A DNA stretch of 60,019 nt, counting the filler. It is 4 parts of 4 records of this genome, joined end to end, with 100 filler letters (N's around TTAATTAATTAA, not from the genome) between each part and the next. Parts side by side here need not be neighbours in the genome. Positions count along the whole stretch, not along the records: positions 1 to 22,618 come from SRR22947727_1567; 3 more parts are not named here. One strand, 5' to 3'. The translations under genes were made by a program, and so were the position numbers. Shown piece by piece: positions 1-10,463 of the stretch (position 1 is the stretch's first letter; the number at the start of each line of letters is the position of its first letter). The notes beneath the pieces were generated by a model, which saw only the letters and a list, made by a program, of their open reading frames with translations, searched no databases and was not told the DNA's origin.

Positions 1-1459
1 TTAGTTGAGGTAAACCAAGCTCGTCCCAGATATCCTTGGCGCGTTCCATATATTCCTTGCCGGGCAGGGCCAATGGTGGCATTGGTGATTTCATTGTGGC
101 ATCAATCAGAACGCTTGAATCTTCTTCGCCATCATGTTCGCGTTTTGGACCATGACCCTGACCACGGTGAGGCAGAGTTTGCATATCTTCTGATGGATTG
201 GTGCGATAGGACATTGCCCATAAAAGCGCATCGGCATTATCAACATCAATATCTTCATTCACGGCAATACAGATTTTGCTGCAATCGCCCTTGAAAAACG
301 CCGCGCTGTAAAGCGCGCGCCATATTTCGGTTCGGGGCATATTGGCATCACAAGTGATAACGGTAACGCGAAGCAAGCCGGTCAATGGCTCGTGAAGCGA
401 CACTCTTTTGACGCCTTTGATATTGTTCTCATCGCGAAGATGGCGCAGGAATAACGGCTCATAGGCGACGCGTTTGATGACGCTGGATTCGCTTGGAGCT
501 ACCTGACTGATATAAGATGGAACAATCGCTTTTTGACGGCGGGTAATCGCCGTAATGCGCATTGGCATATTATATTCTTCAAGCGCGATATGACCGTGTG
601 ACTCGCCAAACGGGCCTTCGGGTTCAACTCGCGTTGTGTCGATAAAGCCTTCAATCACAATTTCGGCCTCGGCAGGAACCACCAGATCAATGCTTTTGGT
701 TTTGGTCACATTGATGGGCGCGCCGGCAAGACCGCCAGCAACGGTAAATTCATCAACGCCAAGCGGCAATTTTTGTGGCCCCATAAAGGCAACATAGGGC
801 GGGCAGCCAAGAACAATCGCAACCGGCATTTCGGTAATGCCCATTTGCTGGCATTTTTGATAATGCTGATAACCACCAGCACCGCCAACCCGCGTTGCCA
901 TGCGAACCACCAGCCGGTCGGGTGCTTTCAAGGCACAGCGGTAAGTGCCCATATTCTGCACGCCGGTTTCCGGATCTTTGGTGATGACATTGCCGGCGCT
1001 TAATGTTGGGGCGCTGTCAAATCCGGGGGTTGAAACTGGAATCGGAAGCGCGTCAAGCCCATGCCCGGGCTGGCTAAGGCTGGCACCATCTTCAATGATT
1101 TCATGGCAAGGCGCATTATCGACAAATTGCGGATCAATCGGGTTGGAAATGGCATTATCCCATTTGGCCTGAATGCCTTCGACTGAGCTGCCCATGCCAA
1201 CGCTATAGATGCTGCGATTGGCTGCAAGCCCGCCAACCAGAACCGGCATATCAAATTTACGGCCTTTGCCATCGACGATATTGGTGAATAAAAAGGCCTT
1301 GCGGTCTTCTTCTTTCATCCCACCAATAAACTGCCAGCGGACAAGCGCGTGCATTTCGCTGTCTTTGTCGATCTGACGGTCAACTTCAATCAACAGATTT
1401 TGGTTTTTCAGGGCGGCAATATGGTGATGAAGATCGTTATAGGGTGGCGTCTTTGTCAT
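1..1459 (-). CDS. UbiD-family (prFMN-dependent) decarboxylase, truncated at the left window edge
   Basis: Absent from the ORF track because no stop lies in the window. Manual translation from ATG at 1459 (SD GGAG upstream) gives MTKTPPYNDLHHHIAAL...NMGTYR...VPAEAEIVIEG...EPEGPFGESHGH; EGPFGE is the UbiD signature. The same frame reads ...IWDELGLPQL at the edge. Confidence 0.9.
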   Translation of the reverse strand, partial: MTKTPPYNDLHHHIAALKNQNLLIEVDRQIDKDSEMHALVRWQFIGGMKEEDRKAFLFTNIVDGKGRKFDMPVLVGGLAANRSIYSVGMGSSVEGIQAKWDNAISNPIDPQFVDNAPCHEIIEDGASLSQPGHGLDALPIPVSTPGFDSAPTLSAGNVITKDPETGVQNMGTYRCALKAPDRLVVRMATRVGGAGGYQHYQKCQQMGITEMPVAIVLGCPPYVAFMGPQKLPLGVDEFTVAGGLAGAPINVTKTKSIDLVVPAEAEIVIEGFIDTTRVEPEGPFGESHGHIALEEYNMPMRITAITRRQKAIVPSYISQVAPSESSVIKRVAYEPLFLRHLRDENNIKGVKRVSLHEPLTGLLRVTVITCDANMPRTEIWRALYSAAFFKGDCSKICIAVNEDIDVDNADALLWAMSYRTNPSEDMQTLPHRGQGHGPKREHDGEEDSSVLIDATMKSPMPPLALPGKEYMERAKDIWDELGLPQL

Positions 1460-1477
1460 GTTGCTCTCCAAAGCAAA

Positions 1478-2863
1478 TTAATTTGGCAGGTTTCCACCGG
1501 CTGTGCGATCACTTCGCAGCACCGCAAAATCAAGCGCGGTGGCAAGGCTGATGTCATCAAGCTGCCATAGGTTTTGTAAAAGGCTGTTTGTCAGATCGCT
1601 GCCAAGAACCGGGTTCGTCAGTTCGATAAATTTCGCCTCCAATTCGTCATCTGACAGGGGCAGATCAGGGTCGCCTTTTCGCGTTGGCTGGTAATGCGTC
1701 AATTGGCGGCCATCTTTTGTGGTGACGCTGACATGCGCCGCACGCCGCGCTGGAAATTCGGCATCAACTGCCGGGTCAATGCCAAGATTAATCTGGCCAA
1801 GCATTGCCCGAATTGCCGGATCGGCCATGCGTTCGGCTTCAAAAGCCTCGATACGAACGCTGCTATAATATGCGGCATGGGCAAGGACATATTGCATCGA
1901 AAATTTGCATTCTTGCGGTGTTTTGGGGTCCACCCTGTCGGTGATTGAAACCGCTGGGCCATAGGTGGCGATGGCAATATTTGCAATGTCATTTGCAGTG
2001 ATTTGCGCGTCCCGCATGATGAACAGCAATCCGTCAATGGCCGCAAAAGTATGCCCGCAACAGCCATGATTTTTAAAGGTGATGGCCTCGATATTATAAA
2101 TCTCGCCAAGGCCGGAAGTGGCTTTGCGCCAATCAGCATTGCCACTCATCGCAGCGCCCATACCCGCAGGCCCTTCAAGAACATCAAGCGCACCAGTGAC
2201 GCCTTTGCTGGCGGCGATGGTGGCCATAACGCCAGTTTCGGCAGCATGCGCGGCATGAAGTGGTTTGCTCATGCCATCCGACCGGAACGCCTGTTGCAGC
2301 CCAGCGGCAAGCGTTGCCGAGGTTGCCAGCGCATGCGCTGTTTGGTTACGGTTCAACCCCAAAAGCAGGCAGGCAGCCGCCGCCGCGCCAAAGGTGGCGA
2401 TGGTGGCGGTTGTGTGCCAAAAGCGATAATGATCACGACCCATCGCGGCGCTGATGCGGCTGCTAACCTCATATCCGGCGATCACCGCACGCAGGAATGT
2501 TTCGCCCGACAAATCATGTTTTTGCGCAACAGCAAGCGCAGCGGCAATGGTTGCACAGCCCGGATGCAGCCCGCCATCACGGAAAATATCGTCAAATTCA
2601 GATGTATGGGCGCTAGCGCCATTCAAAAAGGCCGCGGTTTTGATCGTTGTATAATCACCTGTTGGGAACACAATTGATTGTTGGGGGTCGCCAGCCTCGA
2701 TAAAGGCGGCGCGCAACATCGGGTTTGGCTCTTGAACCGATCCCGGATACATGGCGGCAAACCAGTCGATCACCGCGCGTTTGGCGTGATGAATCGTGCT
2801 TGGCGCGAATTGGCGCGTTTGTTCTTGAACAATATAATCGGCAATTTTTTCAATAAGAATCAT
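1478..2863 (-). CDS. MmgE/PrpD family protein
   Basis: AAFLNGASAHTSEFDD...HPG, KPLHA, FK.HGCC, KFSMQY and KGDPD.PLS motifs; 461 aa. Confidence 0.9.
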   Translation of the reverse strand: MILIEKIADYIVQEQTRQFAPSTIHHAKRAVIDWFAAMYPGSVQEPNPMLRAAFIEAGDPQQSIVFPTGDYTTIKTAAFLNGASAHTSEFDDIFRDGGLHPGCATIAAALAVAQKHDLSGETFLRAVIAGYEVSSRISAAMGRDHYRFWHTTATIATFGAAAAACLLLGLNRNQTAHALATSATLAAGLQQAFRSDGMSKPLHAAHAAETGVMATIAASKGVTGALDVLEGPAGMGAAMSGNADWRKATSGLGEIYNIEAITFKNHGCCGHTFAAIDGLLFIMRDAQITANDIANIAIATYGPAVSITDRVDPKTPQECKFSMQYVLAHAAYYSSVRIEAFEAERMADPAIRAMLGQINLGIDPAVDAEFPARRAAHVSVTTKDGRQLTHYQPTRKGDPDLPLSDDELEAKFIELTNPVLGSDLTNSLLQNLWQLDDISLATALDFAVLRSDRTAGGNLPN

Positions 2864-3086
2864 ATCAGCACCAAAGGAATCTGGCCGCGAGGGGAGATCA
2901 TTGTTTCAATAGAATGGCCCTGCGGCAAGGTCAAAATGGGTCTCATTTAAATAAATCTGATCAATGACAAGGGCATTTTTTTACCTTAACCTATTTTCCA
3001 ATATAGCTTTGAACTTAACTATGCCGATCCTCGATATGACGCCTGTAACGGCGCTAGATTCACGAAATCACGAAGGTAGCTCGCTG

Positions 3087-3878
3087 ATGACAAATCCAGA
3101 TTCGCTTATTCATGTAACCCATCTTGATCAGGTGGCAATTGTGACCCTAAACCGTGCCGAAAAGCGCAATGCCATCAATGACGCCATGCGCAATGCGCTG
3201 ATTGATGCGCTGCAAGCGGTCAATGCCGATGATGCTGTTGGCGCTGTTGTTTTAACCGGTGCCGGAAGCAGTTTTTGCGCTGGTGGCGATATTGGCGGGA
3301 TGCGCGAACGCTTAGAGGCACCACGCGGCAAGGTTGGGTTCAATGGCTGGAAGCGGCAAAAACAGACGCATCGGCTGATCTCAACAATCTATCATATGGA
3401 CAAGCCGGTTATTGCGGCGGTGAATGGCGCAGCGTCCGGCCTTGGTTGTGATTTGGCGCTTGCTTGTGATTTCATCATGGCGGGGCCAGCGGCAAGCTTT
3501 TCAATGACCTATCTTCGGCGTGGTTTGATCCCTGATGGTGGCGGGCTGTATTTTCTGCCGCGCCGTGTTGGCACCACCCGCGCCAAAGAGTTGATCTTTA
3601 GCGCCCGCACGATTGCCGCCGATGAGGCTGAACAGATTGGTCTTACTGACCGTCTTGCCGATGCGGACGCCTTGCTTGACGATGCTTGCCAATGGGCCAA
3701 AAGCCTTTGTTTTGGTCCGGCAAGCGCGGTTGCTCTTTCAAAATCAATCTTGAACCGTTCGGTGGATTTGCCGCTTGAGACGGTGTTTGCGCTTGGTTCA
3801 GAAGCGCAATCAATATGCTATGCCAGTGATGAGCATCATGACGCAGTCACCGCCTTTCTTGATAAATCGAGCCGCTAG
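3087..3878 (+). CDS. Enoyl-CoA hydratase/isomerase family protein
   Basis: TLNR.EKRNA, FCAGGD, AAVNGAASGLG, GLIPDGGG. Start moved from 2964 to the ATG at 3087 (MTNPDS). Confidence 0.9.
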   Translation: MTNPDSLIHVTHLDQVAIVTLNRAEKRNAINDAMRNALIDALQAVNADDAVGAVVLTGAGSSFCAGGDIGGMRERLEAPRGKVGFNGWKRQKQTHRLISTIYHMDKPVIAAVNGAASGLGCDLALACDFIMAGPAASFSMTYLRRGLIPDGGGLYFLPRRVGTTRAKELIFSARTIAADEAEQIGLTDRLADADALLDDACQWAKSLCFGPASAVALSKSILNRSVDLPLETVFALGSEAQSICYASDEHHDAVTAFLDKSSR

Positions 3879-3879
3879 C

Positions 3880-5085
3880 ATGAACAGTCTTATGGATGAT
3901 GCGTTTAAAGGCCTGCTTGTTGTTGAATTTGCCCAAGGTGTGGCTGCGCCCTATTGCGGGCTGTTGCTAAGCCGCAATGGCGCTGATGTCATCAAGGTTG
4001 AACCGCAGGGCAATGGCGACTGGTGTCGCAGCCTTGGCCTTCGCAAGGGTGATTTTTCGGCTGAGTCGATTGTGTTGAATCGCGGCAAGAAAAGCCTTGC
4101 GCTTGATATGAAAAGCCCAGATGGCCGCGCCGCGGCGTTTAAATTGGCGGCAAAGGCGGATGTGATTATTGAAAATTACCGGCCGAATGTTACCAAACGT
4201 CTTGGCATTGATTATGCGGCAGTGGCTGCGGTGAATCCAAATGTGGTTTATGCGTCGGTAACCGGATTTGGCGCAACCGGTCCAAAAAGCCATATGCCAG
4301 CAACCGATACGGTGATGCAGGGCTATACCGGCTTGATGAATATTAACCGCGATGATAATGGTCTGCCGCGCCGGATCAATATGCTTGCCATTGATTATTC
4401 AACCGGGCTTTATCTTAGTCAGGCGGTTTTTGCTGCGCTTTACCGGCGCGCAACAACTGGCCGTGGAAGCCATGTTCAGACAAGCCTTCTGGAAAGCGCG
4501 ATGGCCTTTCAAGAAGCACGACTTGTGGCTGAAAAATTTGAAGGCTCAGCGGTGCAGCCGGTTGGCGCTCCGGTTGGCACTTTTGCCACTGCCGATGGCT
4601 ATCTAAGCTTGAATGCACGCCGTGATGCCCATTTTGCTGCCTTATGCGCGCATCTTGGCACAACCCAATGGTTGGATGATGACCGGTTTAATTCGGCCGA
4701 AAACCGCCTTATCAATGCAGGTGAGATGAACCGGCTTGTTGCGCCACATATCCAGCAAAAGCCAACAGCGCATTGGGTCAAAATCCTGTCTGAATCCGAT
4801 ATCCTAAATGCGCCGGTTCATGATTATAATGATTTATTTGACGATGCGCAGATTGCCGAAACCGAAGCGATTGGATGGGTTGAGATTGATGAATTTGGGC
4901 ACTTGCCCGCAGCACGGATTGCCGGATTGGCGCCCGCTTCGGCAAGTGATCACGCAGCAATGGTGCCGCCGCGGCTTGGCGAAGGGGGGCGTGATGGCCT
5001 TATCAAAGCTGGTTTTAGCCGTGATGAGATTAACCAGCTTGCCACCAGTGGCGCAGCAATTTTTAACGATGCAGAGGATCGCTAG
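3880..5085 (+). CDS. Class III CoA-transferase (CaiB/BaiF family)
   Basis: GADVIKVEP..GD..R, NRGKKSLALD, ENYRP, putative catalytic Asp in PATDTVMQ. Start at 3880, immediately after the upstream stop. Confidence 0.92.
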   Translation: MNSLMDDAFKGLLVVEFAQGVAAPYCGLLLSRNGADVIKVEPQGNGDWCRSLGLRKGDFSAESIVLNRGKKSLALDMKSPDGRAAAFKLAAKADVIIENYRPNVTKRLGIDYAAVAAVNPNVVYASVTGFGATGPKSHMPATDTVMQGYTGLMNINRDDNGLPRRINMLAIDYSTGLYLSQAVFAALYRRATTGRGSHVQTSLLESAMAFQEARLVAEKFEGSAVQPVGAPVGTFATADGYLSLNARRDAHFAALCAHLGTTQWLDDDRFNSAENRLINAGEMNRLVAPHIQQKPTAHWVKILSESDILNAPVHDYNDLFDDAQIAETEAIGWVEIDEFGHLPAARIAGLAPASASDHAAMVPPRLGEGGRDGLIKAGFSRDEINQLATSGAAIFNDAEDR

Positions 5086-6255
5086 ATGGATTTCGAACTG
5101 ACGCAGGATCAGCAAATTTTTTATGATTCAGTGAAACGATTTGCCGTCAATGAACTTGGCGACGGTGCGGTTGATCGGGCCAATAGCGATGGCTATTTAT
5201 GGGATGTTGCGGCGCGGTTTGCCGAAATGGGGTTGCTTGGAATCACCATTCCTGAATCCAAGGGCGGTATTGGCGGAAGCCTAACCGATGCGGTGCTGGC
5301 AATTCAGGCGATTGCCGAGGTCTGTCCGCGAAGTGCCGATGTTGTGCAGGCCGGAAATTTTGGCGCAATCCGCACCTTTGCCGAATATGCAAACGCCGAT
5401 CAGCTGGCGCGGTTTCTGCCTGATCTTCTGGCTGGCAGAGGGGTTATGTCGGTTGGCATGTCCGAACCTGATGCTGGCTCGTCAGTGACTGAATTGAAAA
5501 CATCGGCAACGCCTGATGGTGATGATTTTCTGGTGAATGGAAGCAAAGTTTTCGGCACCAATAGTGGTGATGCCGAAGTGTTCTTGATCTATCTTCGCTT
5601 TGGCCCCGGAACCGAGGGCATTGGATCGGCGCTTATCGAAAAAGGCACTGCCGGTTTCGAGATTGGCCCGGGCTATCGCTATATGAATGGTGAATCATGG
5701 TCACCGCTTTATTTCGATAATTGCCGCATCCCCAAAGCCAATATTCTGCTTGGGTCAGGCGGATTTAAAAAACAGATTTCGGGATTCAATATTGAACGGC
5801 TTGGCAATGCGGCGCGCGCCGTAGCGGTGGGGCGCAAAGCCTTTAACGAGGCACGTGACCACGCCAAAACGCGCCGCCAGTTCGGGCGCGATATTTGCGA
5901 ATTTCAGGGGCTTCAATGGAAATTTGCCGAAATGCAAATGCGGCTTGAGGCAGCACAGCTATTGTTGATGCGGGCGGTAACGCGCGCTGATAATGACCTG
6001 CCATCGGCGCAGGATTCGGCACTGGCAAAACTGGCTTGTAATGATGCTGGTTTCTATGCGGCAAATGAGGCCTTGCAAATCATGGGTGCGCTTGGGTTTA
6101 GTGATGATAATATTGTCCAATATTGTATGCGCCGCACGCGCGGCTGGATGATCGCCGGTGGGTCAACTGAAATTCTGAAAAACCGGATTGCCGAAGGTAT
6201 TTTTGACCGTCGCTTTTCACAGCGCCCGCCCAAACCGGCAAAAGATCGCGCATGA
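5086..6255 (+). CDS. Acyl-CoA dehydrogenase family protein
   Basis: MSEPDAGS, NGSKVF, RRQFGR.I.EFQG, GGSTEI motifs. Confidence 0.92.
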   Translation: MDFELTQDQQIFYDSVKRFAVNELGDGAVDRANSDGYLWDVAARFAEMGLLGITIPESKGGIGGSLTDAVLAIQAIAEVCPRSADVVQAGNFGAIRTFAEYANADQLARFLPDLLAGRGVMSVGMSEPDAGSSVTELKTSATPDGDDFLVNGSKVFGTNSGDAEVFLIYLRFGPGTEGIGSALIEKGTAGFEIGPGYRYMNGESWSPLYFDNCRIPKANILLGSGGFKKQISGFNIERLGNAARAVAVGRKAFNEARDHAKTRRQFGRDICEFQGLQWKFAEMQMRLEAAQLLLMRAVTRADNDLPSAQDSALAKLACNDAGFYAANEALQIMGALGFSDDNIVQYCMRRTRGWMIAGGSTEILKNRIAEGIFDRRFSQRPPKPAKDRA

Positions 6256-8423
6256 TCATGGGCGATTTTGCACAGCCACTTATCGCGCCGCAATCGGTTG
6301 CATTGATTGGGGTATCGGGCGATGCCAAAAAACTATCAGCGCGGCCGCTGCAATTTTGCCAGCAACATGGCTTTGCCGGTAACATCTATATTGTAAATCC
6401 GCGCCGTGATGAGGTGCTTGGTCAAAAAGCCTATCGGTCGGTAACGGCCATTCCGGAAAAGGTAGATCACGCCTATATCCTTGTTGGCACAGATCTGGTC
6501 GAGGTGGCGCTTGATGATTGCATTGCGGCGGGGGTAAGGGTTGTTTCCATCCTTGCTGATGGATTTGCCGAGGCTGGCGATGCTGGCATGGCACGCCAAG
6601 CGCGGCTTGTTGCCAAGGCCAAGGCTGCCGATATGGTTCTTATCGGGCCAAATTCGATGGGTGTGGTGAACACGAATAACGGTTTTGTCTGCACCACCAA
6701 TGCCGCCTTTAAAACCGACGAATTACCGCATGGGCGGCTTGCTGTTTTATCGCATAGCGGCAGTTTGATTGGCACGCTGATTTCACGCGGGCAAGAACGC
6801 AATATCGGGTTTGCCGCGCTGATCTCGCTTGGCAATGAGGCGCAATCTTGCGTTGGTTCGCTTGGCCTTGAATTGGTTGAAGATGATCAAATTGATGGCT
6901 TTGTGCTGTTTCTTGAAACCATGCGCAATCCGGAAATCTTTGCCGCTTTTGCCGCGACGGCCAAACGCCTTGGCAAACCGGTGGTGGCTTATATGTTGGG
7001 AAAATCCAGCGATGGTCAGGCTTTGTCAGTATCGCATACTGGCGCAATGACTGGCGAAGCCGAGGCCGTTCGTGCCTTTCTGGCGCATCATAATATTGCC
7101 GAGGTCAGCCAGTTTGATGCGTTGTTTGAAGCGCCAGCATTGCTATTGAAAAAGCCGCAATTGAAATCCCGCCCGCGCCGCGCAACCATTGTCACCACAA
7201 CCGGTGGCGGCGGTGCCATGCTTGTTGATCAGCTGAGTATCCGCGGGGTTAACCTTGCCGGATTAAGCCCCGCCTCAAAGATGTTTTTCAAGGATCAGCA
7301 AATTCCGTTCGGCAGTGGCAAGCTTGTCGATGTAACGCTTGCCGGTGCGCAATATGACATCATGAAAAAAGCGATTACACAGCTCATCAATGATCCGGAA
7401 ACAGGCATTGTGGTTGTAGCGATCGGGTCGTCAGCACAATTCAATCCAGAACTGGCGGTAAAGCCAATCATTGATGCGGCCAAGGAAAATCCGGCCGGCG
7501 CGCCGGTTATTGCCTTTCCGCTGCCAATTGCAAAACAATCAATGGCGATGCTTGAGGCGAATGGCATTCCTTGTTTTGGCAGTGTTGAAAGCTGTGCTGA
7601 CAGTGTTGCTCTTTTGCTTGCTGCCGAATCCAGTGCATTTGATGATCAGCGCGATGATGCCATTGATTTGAAAGACGTCCAGCAGCAACTTGATGCGGTG
7701 ATGAAGGCAGCGGCGATCGGCGGTGATGGCGGCGTGCTGAATGAAGTTGACGGCAACCAGATTTTTGCCAGCCTTGGTTTGAAGGGGCCGCGCCAGCTAT
7801 TTTTGCCATTGTCAGAAATCAAGGCGCAACCAGCATCTGCATCTGTTGCAAAAGCGGGGCTTGGCTATCCGCTTGTCGCCAAGCTTGTGTCGCCGGATCT
7901 GCCGCATAAATCTGATTATGGAGCCGTGGTTTTATCAATCGAAACCGGTGATGCGCTTGATGCGGCGGTGGCGCAAATGCGAAAAGCCATTAATAGCCAT
8001 CTCCCTGCCGCCAACATTGAAGGCCTGTTGCTTCAAGAAATGGCATTCGGGCTTGGTGAGGCACTTGTCGGTTTGCGGCATGACAATCTTGTTGGGCCAA
8101 TCATCACCGTTGGCGCAGGCGGCATTTTTGCTGAAATCTACAAAGATGTCAGCATTCGCCCTGCACCGGTTAGCCTTGCAACGGCGCGCAAAATGATTGA
8201 CGAGGTCAAAGGGTTTGCCGCGCTTCGCGGTTATCGTGGCAAGGCAAAGGGTGATCTCGAGGCGCTTGCCAATCTGGTTGCCAATCTGTCCCAGCTTGCC
8301 AATCTTCGCCGCATTGCCGAAGCCGAAATCAATCCGGTTCTGGTGCAGGCTGATGGGGTTTTGATGCTTGATGCGCTGATCCGTATTCAACCGCAGCCAA
8401 TGCTTGATAGCGCCGCATTATGA
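6252..8423 (+). CDS. ADP-forming acyl-CoA synthetase (acetate-CoA ligase family; CoA-binding, ligase and ATP-grasp domains fused)
   Basis: GPNSMG, SHSGS, SLGNEA, phospho-His motif SHTGAMTG, C-terminal HKSDYGAV...EINPV. ATGA overlap with the upstream gene. Confidence 0.9.
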   Translation: MIMGDFAQPLIAPQSVALIGVSGDAKKLSARPLQFCQQHGFAGNIYIVNPRRDEVLGQKAYRSVTAIPEKVDHAYILVGTDLVEVALDDCIAAGVRVVSILADGFAEAGDAGMARQARLVAKAKAADMVLIGPNSMGVVNTNNGFVCTTNAAFKTDELPHGRLAVLSHSGSLIGTLISRGQERNIGFAALISLGNEAQSCVGSLGLELVEDDQIDGFVLFLETMRNPEIFAAFAATAKRLGKPVVAYMLGKSSDGQALSVSHTGAMTGEAEAVRAFLAHHNIAEVSQFDALFEAPALLLKKPQLKSRPRRATIVTTTGGGGAMLVDQLSIRGVNLAGLSPASKMFFKDQQIPFGSGKLVDVTLAGAQYDIMKKAITQLINDPETGIVVVAIGSSAQFNPELAVKPIIDAAKENPAGAPVIAFPLPIAKQSMAMLEANGIPCFGSVESCADSVALLLAAESSAFDDQRDDAIDLKDVQQQLDAVMKAAAIGGDGGVLNEVDGNQIFASLGLKGPRQLFLPLSEIKAQPASASVAKAGLGYPLVAKLVSPDLPHKSDYGAVVLSIETGDALDAAVAQMRKAINSHLPAANIEGLLLQEMAFGLGEALVGLRHDNLVGPIITVGAGGIFAEIYKDVSIRPAPVSLATARKMIDEVKGFAALRGYRGKAKGDLEALANLVANLSQLANLRRIAEAEINPVLVQADGVLMLDALIRIQPQPMLDSAAL

Positions 8424-9664
8424 TAGCGGACACCTTGCCATTATCGGGTATTCGGGTGCTTGATTTTGGCCATACGGTCATGGGGCCAACTGCGGGTTTG
8501 ATCCTTGCCGATCTTGGTGCTGAGGTGATCCGGATCGAGCCTGTTACCGGTGATCCTACACGCCGGTTAAAAGGGTTTGGAACCGGATATTTTCCGTTTT
8601 TCAACCGCAATAAACAAAGCGTTGCGCTGAATTTAAAAGACCCGCGCGGCATTGCGATTGCCAAACGGCTTTTGGCCGAAAGCGATGTTCTGATTGAAAA
8701 TTTTGGCCCGGGAACAATGGCGCGGCTTGGGCTTGATTATGCGCAGATTTGTGATGAATTTCCGCGCTTGATCTATTTGTCCTTAAAAGGGTTTTTGCCA
8801 GGTCATTATGAAAACCGCATTGCGCTAGATGAGGTTGTGCAGATGATGAGCGGCCTTGCCTATATGACCGGCCCGCCGGGCATGCCGTTGCGGGCAGGCG
8901 CGTCAATTGTCGATATTATGGGTGGTACTTTTGGTGTTGTTGCGGTGCAGGCCGCACTTCTTAAACGACAAGCAACCGGCAAGGGACAGCTTGTCAAATC
9001 AGCTTTGTTTGAAAGCGCGATGTTCCTGATGGGGCAGCATCTTGCCTATGCCGCGCAATCTGATGAACCGATCCCGCCAATGCCAGTCCGGGTTTCGGCG
9101 TGGGCGATTTATGACCAATTTGCCACGCGCGATGGGGCAAAGGTGTTTCTGGGCATCACCTCGGATAGGCATTGGCAGAGATTTTGTGATGCTTTTGGCC
9201 GTGATGATCTTGCCGCTGATGAAACGCTGGCAAATAATAACCAGCGCATTGATGCGCGAACGCGGCTTTTGCCAATCTTGAGCGATCTTGTCGCTGGTCT
9301 GGATTTGGCCGAAATATCGAAAAAAGCGATTGCGGCTGAATTGCCGTTTGCGCATATCGCCCATCCCGAAGCCTTGCTTGATGATCCGCATCTAAATGAT
9401 GGCGGCTATCTTCTTGAAACATCAATGCCCGATGGCGCCAAGGGTCGCTTGCCAAGCTTGCCAATTAGCCTTGATGGTCGCATTTCCACGCTTCGCAGTG
9501 ACCCGCCAGATATCGGCGCAGATACACGGCCATGTCTTGCCAGCCTTGGTTTTTCACCAGCCGAAATTGACCAGCTTTTTGCTGATGGCATCATCGGTCT
9601 TTTTGATGAAAAGGCTGGCAGCATTGAACTATCTGATTCACCACAGAAAGGATCATCATCATGA
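8420..9664 (+). CDS. Class III CoA-transferase (CaiB/BaiF family), second paralog
   Basis: LSGIRVLDF, LADLGAEVIRIEP, NRNKQS, ENFGPG, ALDEVVQ. Confidence 0.92.
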   Translation: MIADTLPLSGIRVLDFGHTVMGPTAGLILADLGAEVIRIEPVTGDPTRRLKGFGTGYFPFFNRNKQSVALNLKDPRGIAIAKRLLAESDVLIENFGPGTMARLGLDYAQICDEFPRLIYLSLKGFLPGHYENRIALDEVVQMMSGLAYMTGPPGMPLRAGASIVDIMGGTFGVVAVQAALLKRQATGKGQLVKSALFESAMFLMGQHLAYAAQSDEPIPPMPVRVSAWAIYDQFATRDGAKVFLGITSDRHWQRFCDAFGRDDLAADETLANNNQRIDARTRLLPILSDLVAGLDLAEISKKAIAAELPFAHIAHPEALLDDPHLNDGGYLLETSMPDGAKGRLPSLPISLDGRISTLRSDPPDIGADTRPCLASLGFSPAEIDQLFADGIIGLFDEKAGSIELSDSPQKGSSS

Positions 9665-10446
9665 CGGATGTAGCAGATTGGTGGCAAACCGATATTATCG
9701 ATATGGCACCCGGGCAAATTCGGCTTCGCGGCTTTGCGATTGAAGATTTGATCGGCAATATTGGGTTTGCCGAAATGGTTTGGCTGATGACGCGCGGCAC
9801 AAGACCCGATGCGGCGCAGGCGGCCTTGTTTGAGGCAGCGCTTGTCTCGGCGGTTGATCATGGCCCGCAGGCACCATCGATTGCGGCGGCGCGGATGGCG
9901 GTTAGTTGCGGTTTGCCATTGAATAACGCAATGGCAACGGCAATCAATATGCTTGGCGATGTTCATGGCGGTGCTGGGGAACAGGCAATGCAGTTTTTCC
10001 ATGCTGTTAAAAACCATGCTGGCACAATGTCACGCGAGGCGGCCATTGATCTTGTGTTTCGCGAGAACAACCAGCTTGTCCCCGGTTTTGGTCACCGGTT
10101 CCACAAAAATGCCGATCCGCGATCGGTGCGGTTGATGAACTTGCTCGAGACAGCAGTTGCCGAAAAAGTCTGTACTGGCAGCTTTGCTGAAATCGCAATG
10201 GCGATCGAGGCCTATCTTTATCAGCAAAAAGGCAAAGCCATTCCGATGAATGTTGACGGTGTTACGGCCGTCATTTATGCCGAGCTGGGTTTTGAGCCAG
10301 CCTTGGCGCGCGGCCTGTTCTGCCTGTCACGTTCGGTTGGGGTGCTTGCGCATGCACATGAACAGGCGGGTCGCAAAGAGCGCAATAAAGGCCCGACACC
10401 GCCGCATTATCTTTGGACCTATGGTGGTGATAACCCAATCAAATAG
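9661..10446 (+). CDS. Citryl-CoA lyase-like protein (citrate synthase fold, short form)
   Basis: DHGPQAPS, HGGAGE, PGFGHRFH, NVDG motifs; 261 aa. Confidence 0.85.
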   Translation: MTDVADWWQTDIIDMAPGQIRLRGFAIEDLIGNIGFAEMVWLMTRGTRPDAAQAALFEAALVSAVDHGPQAPSIAAARMAVSCGLPLNNAMATAINMLGDVHGGAGEQAMQFFHAVKNHAGTMSREAAIDLVFRENNQLVPGFGHRFHKNADPRSVRLMNLLETAVAEKVCTGSFAEIAMAIEAYLYQQKGKAIPMNVDGVTAVIYAELGFEPALARGLFCLSRSVGVLAHAHEQAGRKERNKGPTPPHYLWTYGGDNPIK

Positions 10447-10463
10447 ACGTTGCAGATAGATAA

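Noticed and set aside
73-1570. Several short ORFs in the track at the window start
   Set aside because: Shadow frames of the UbiD and PrpD genes. The same applies to most short overlapping ORFs in contigs 1 and 3.
2864-3086. IclR-like operator half-sites in the divergent promoter region
   Set aside because: Only weak AT-rich palindromes, and no regulator gene is in view.
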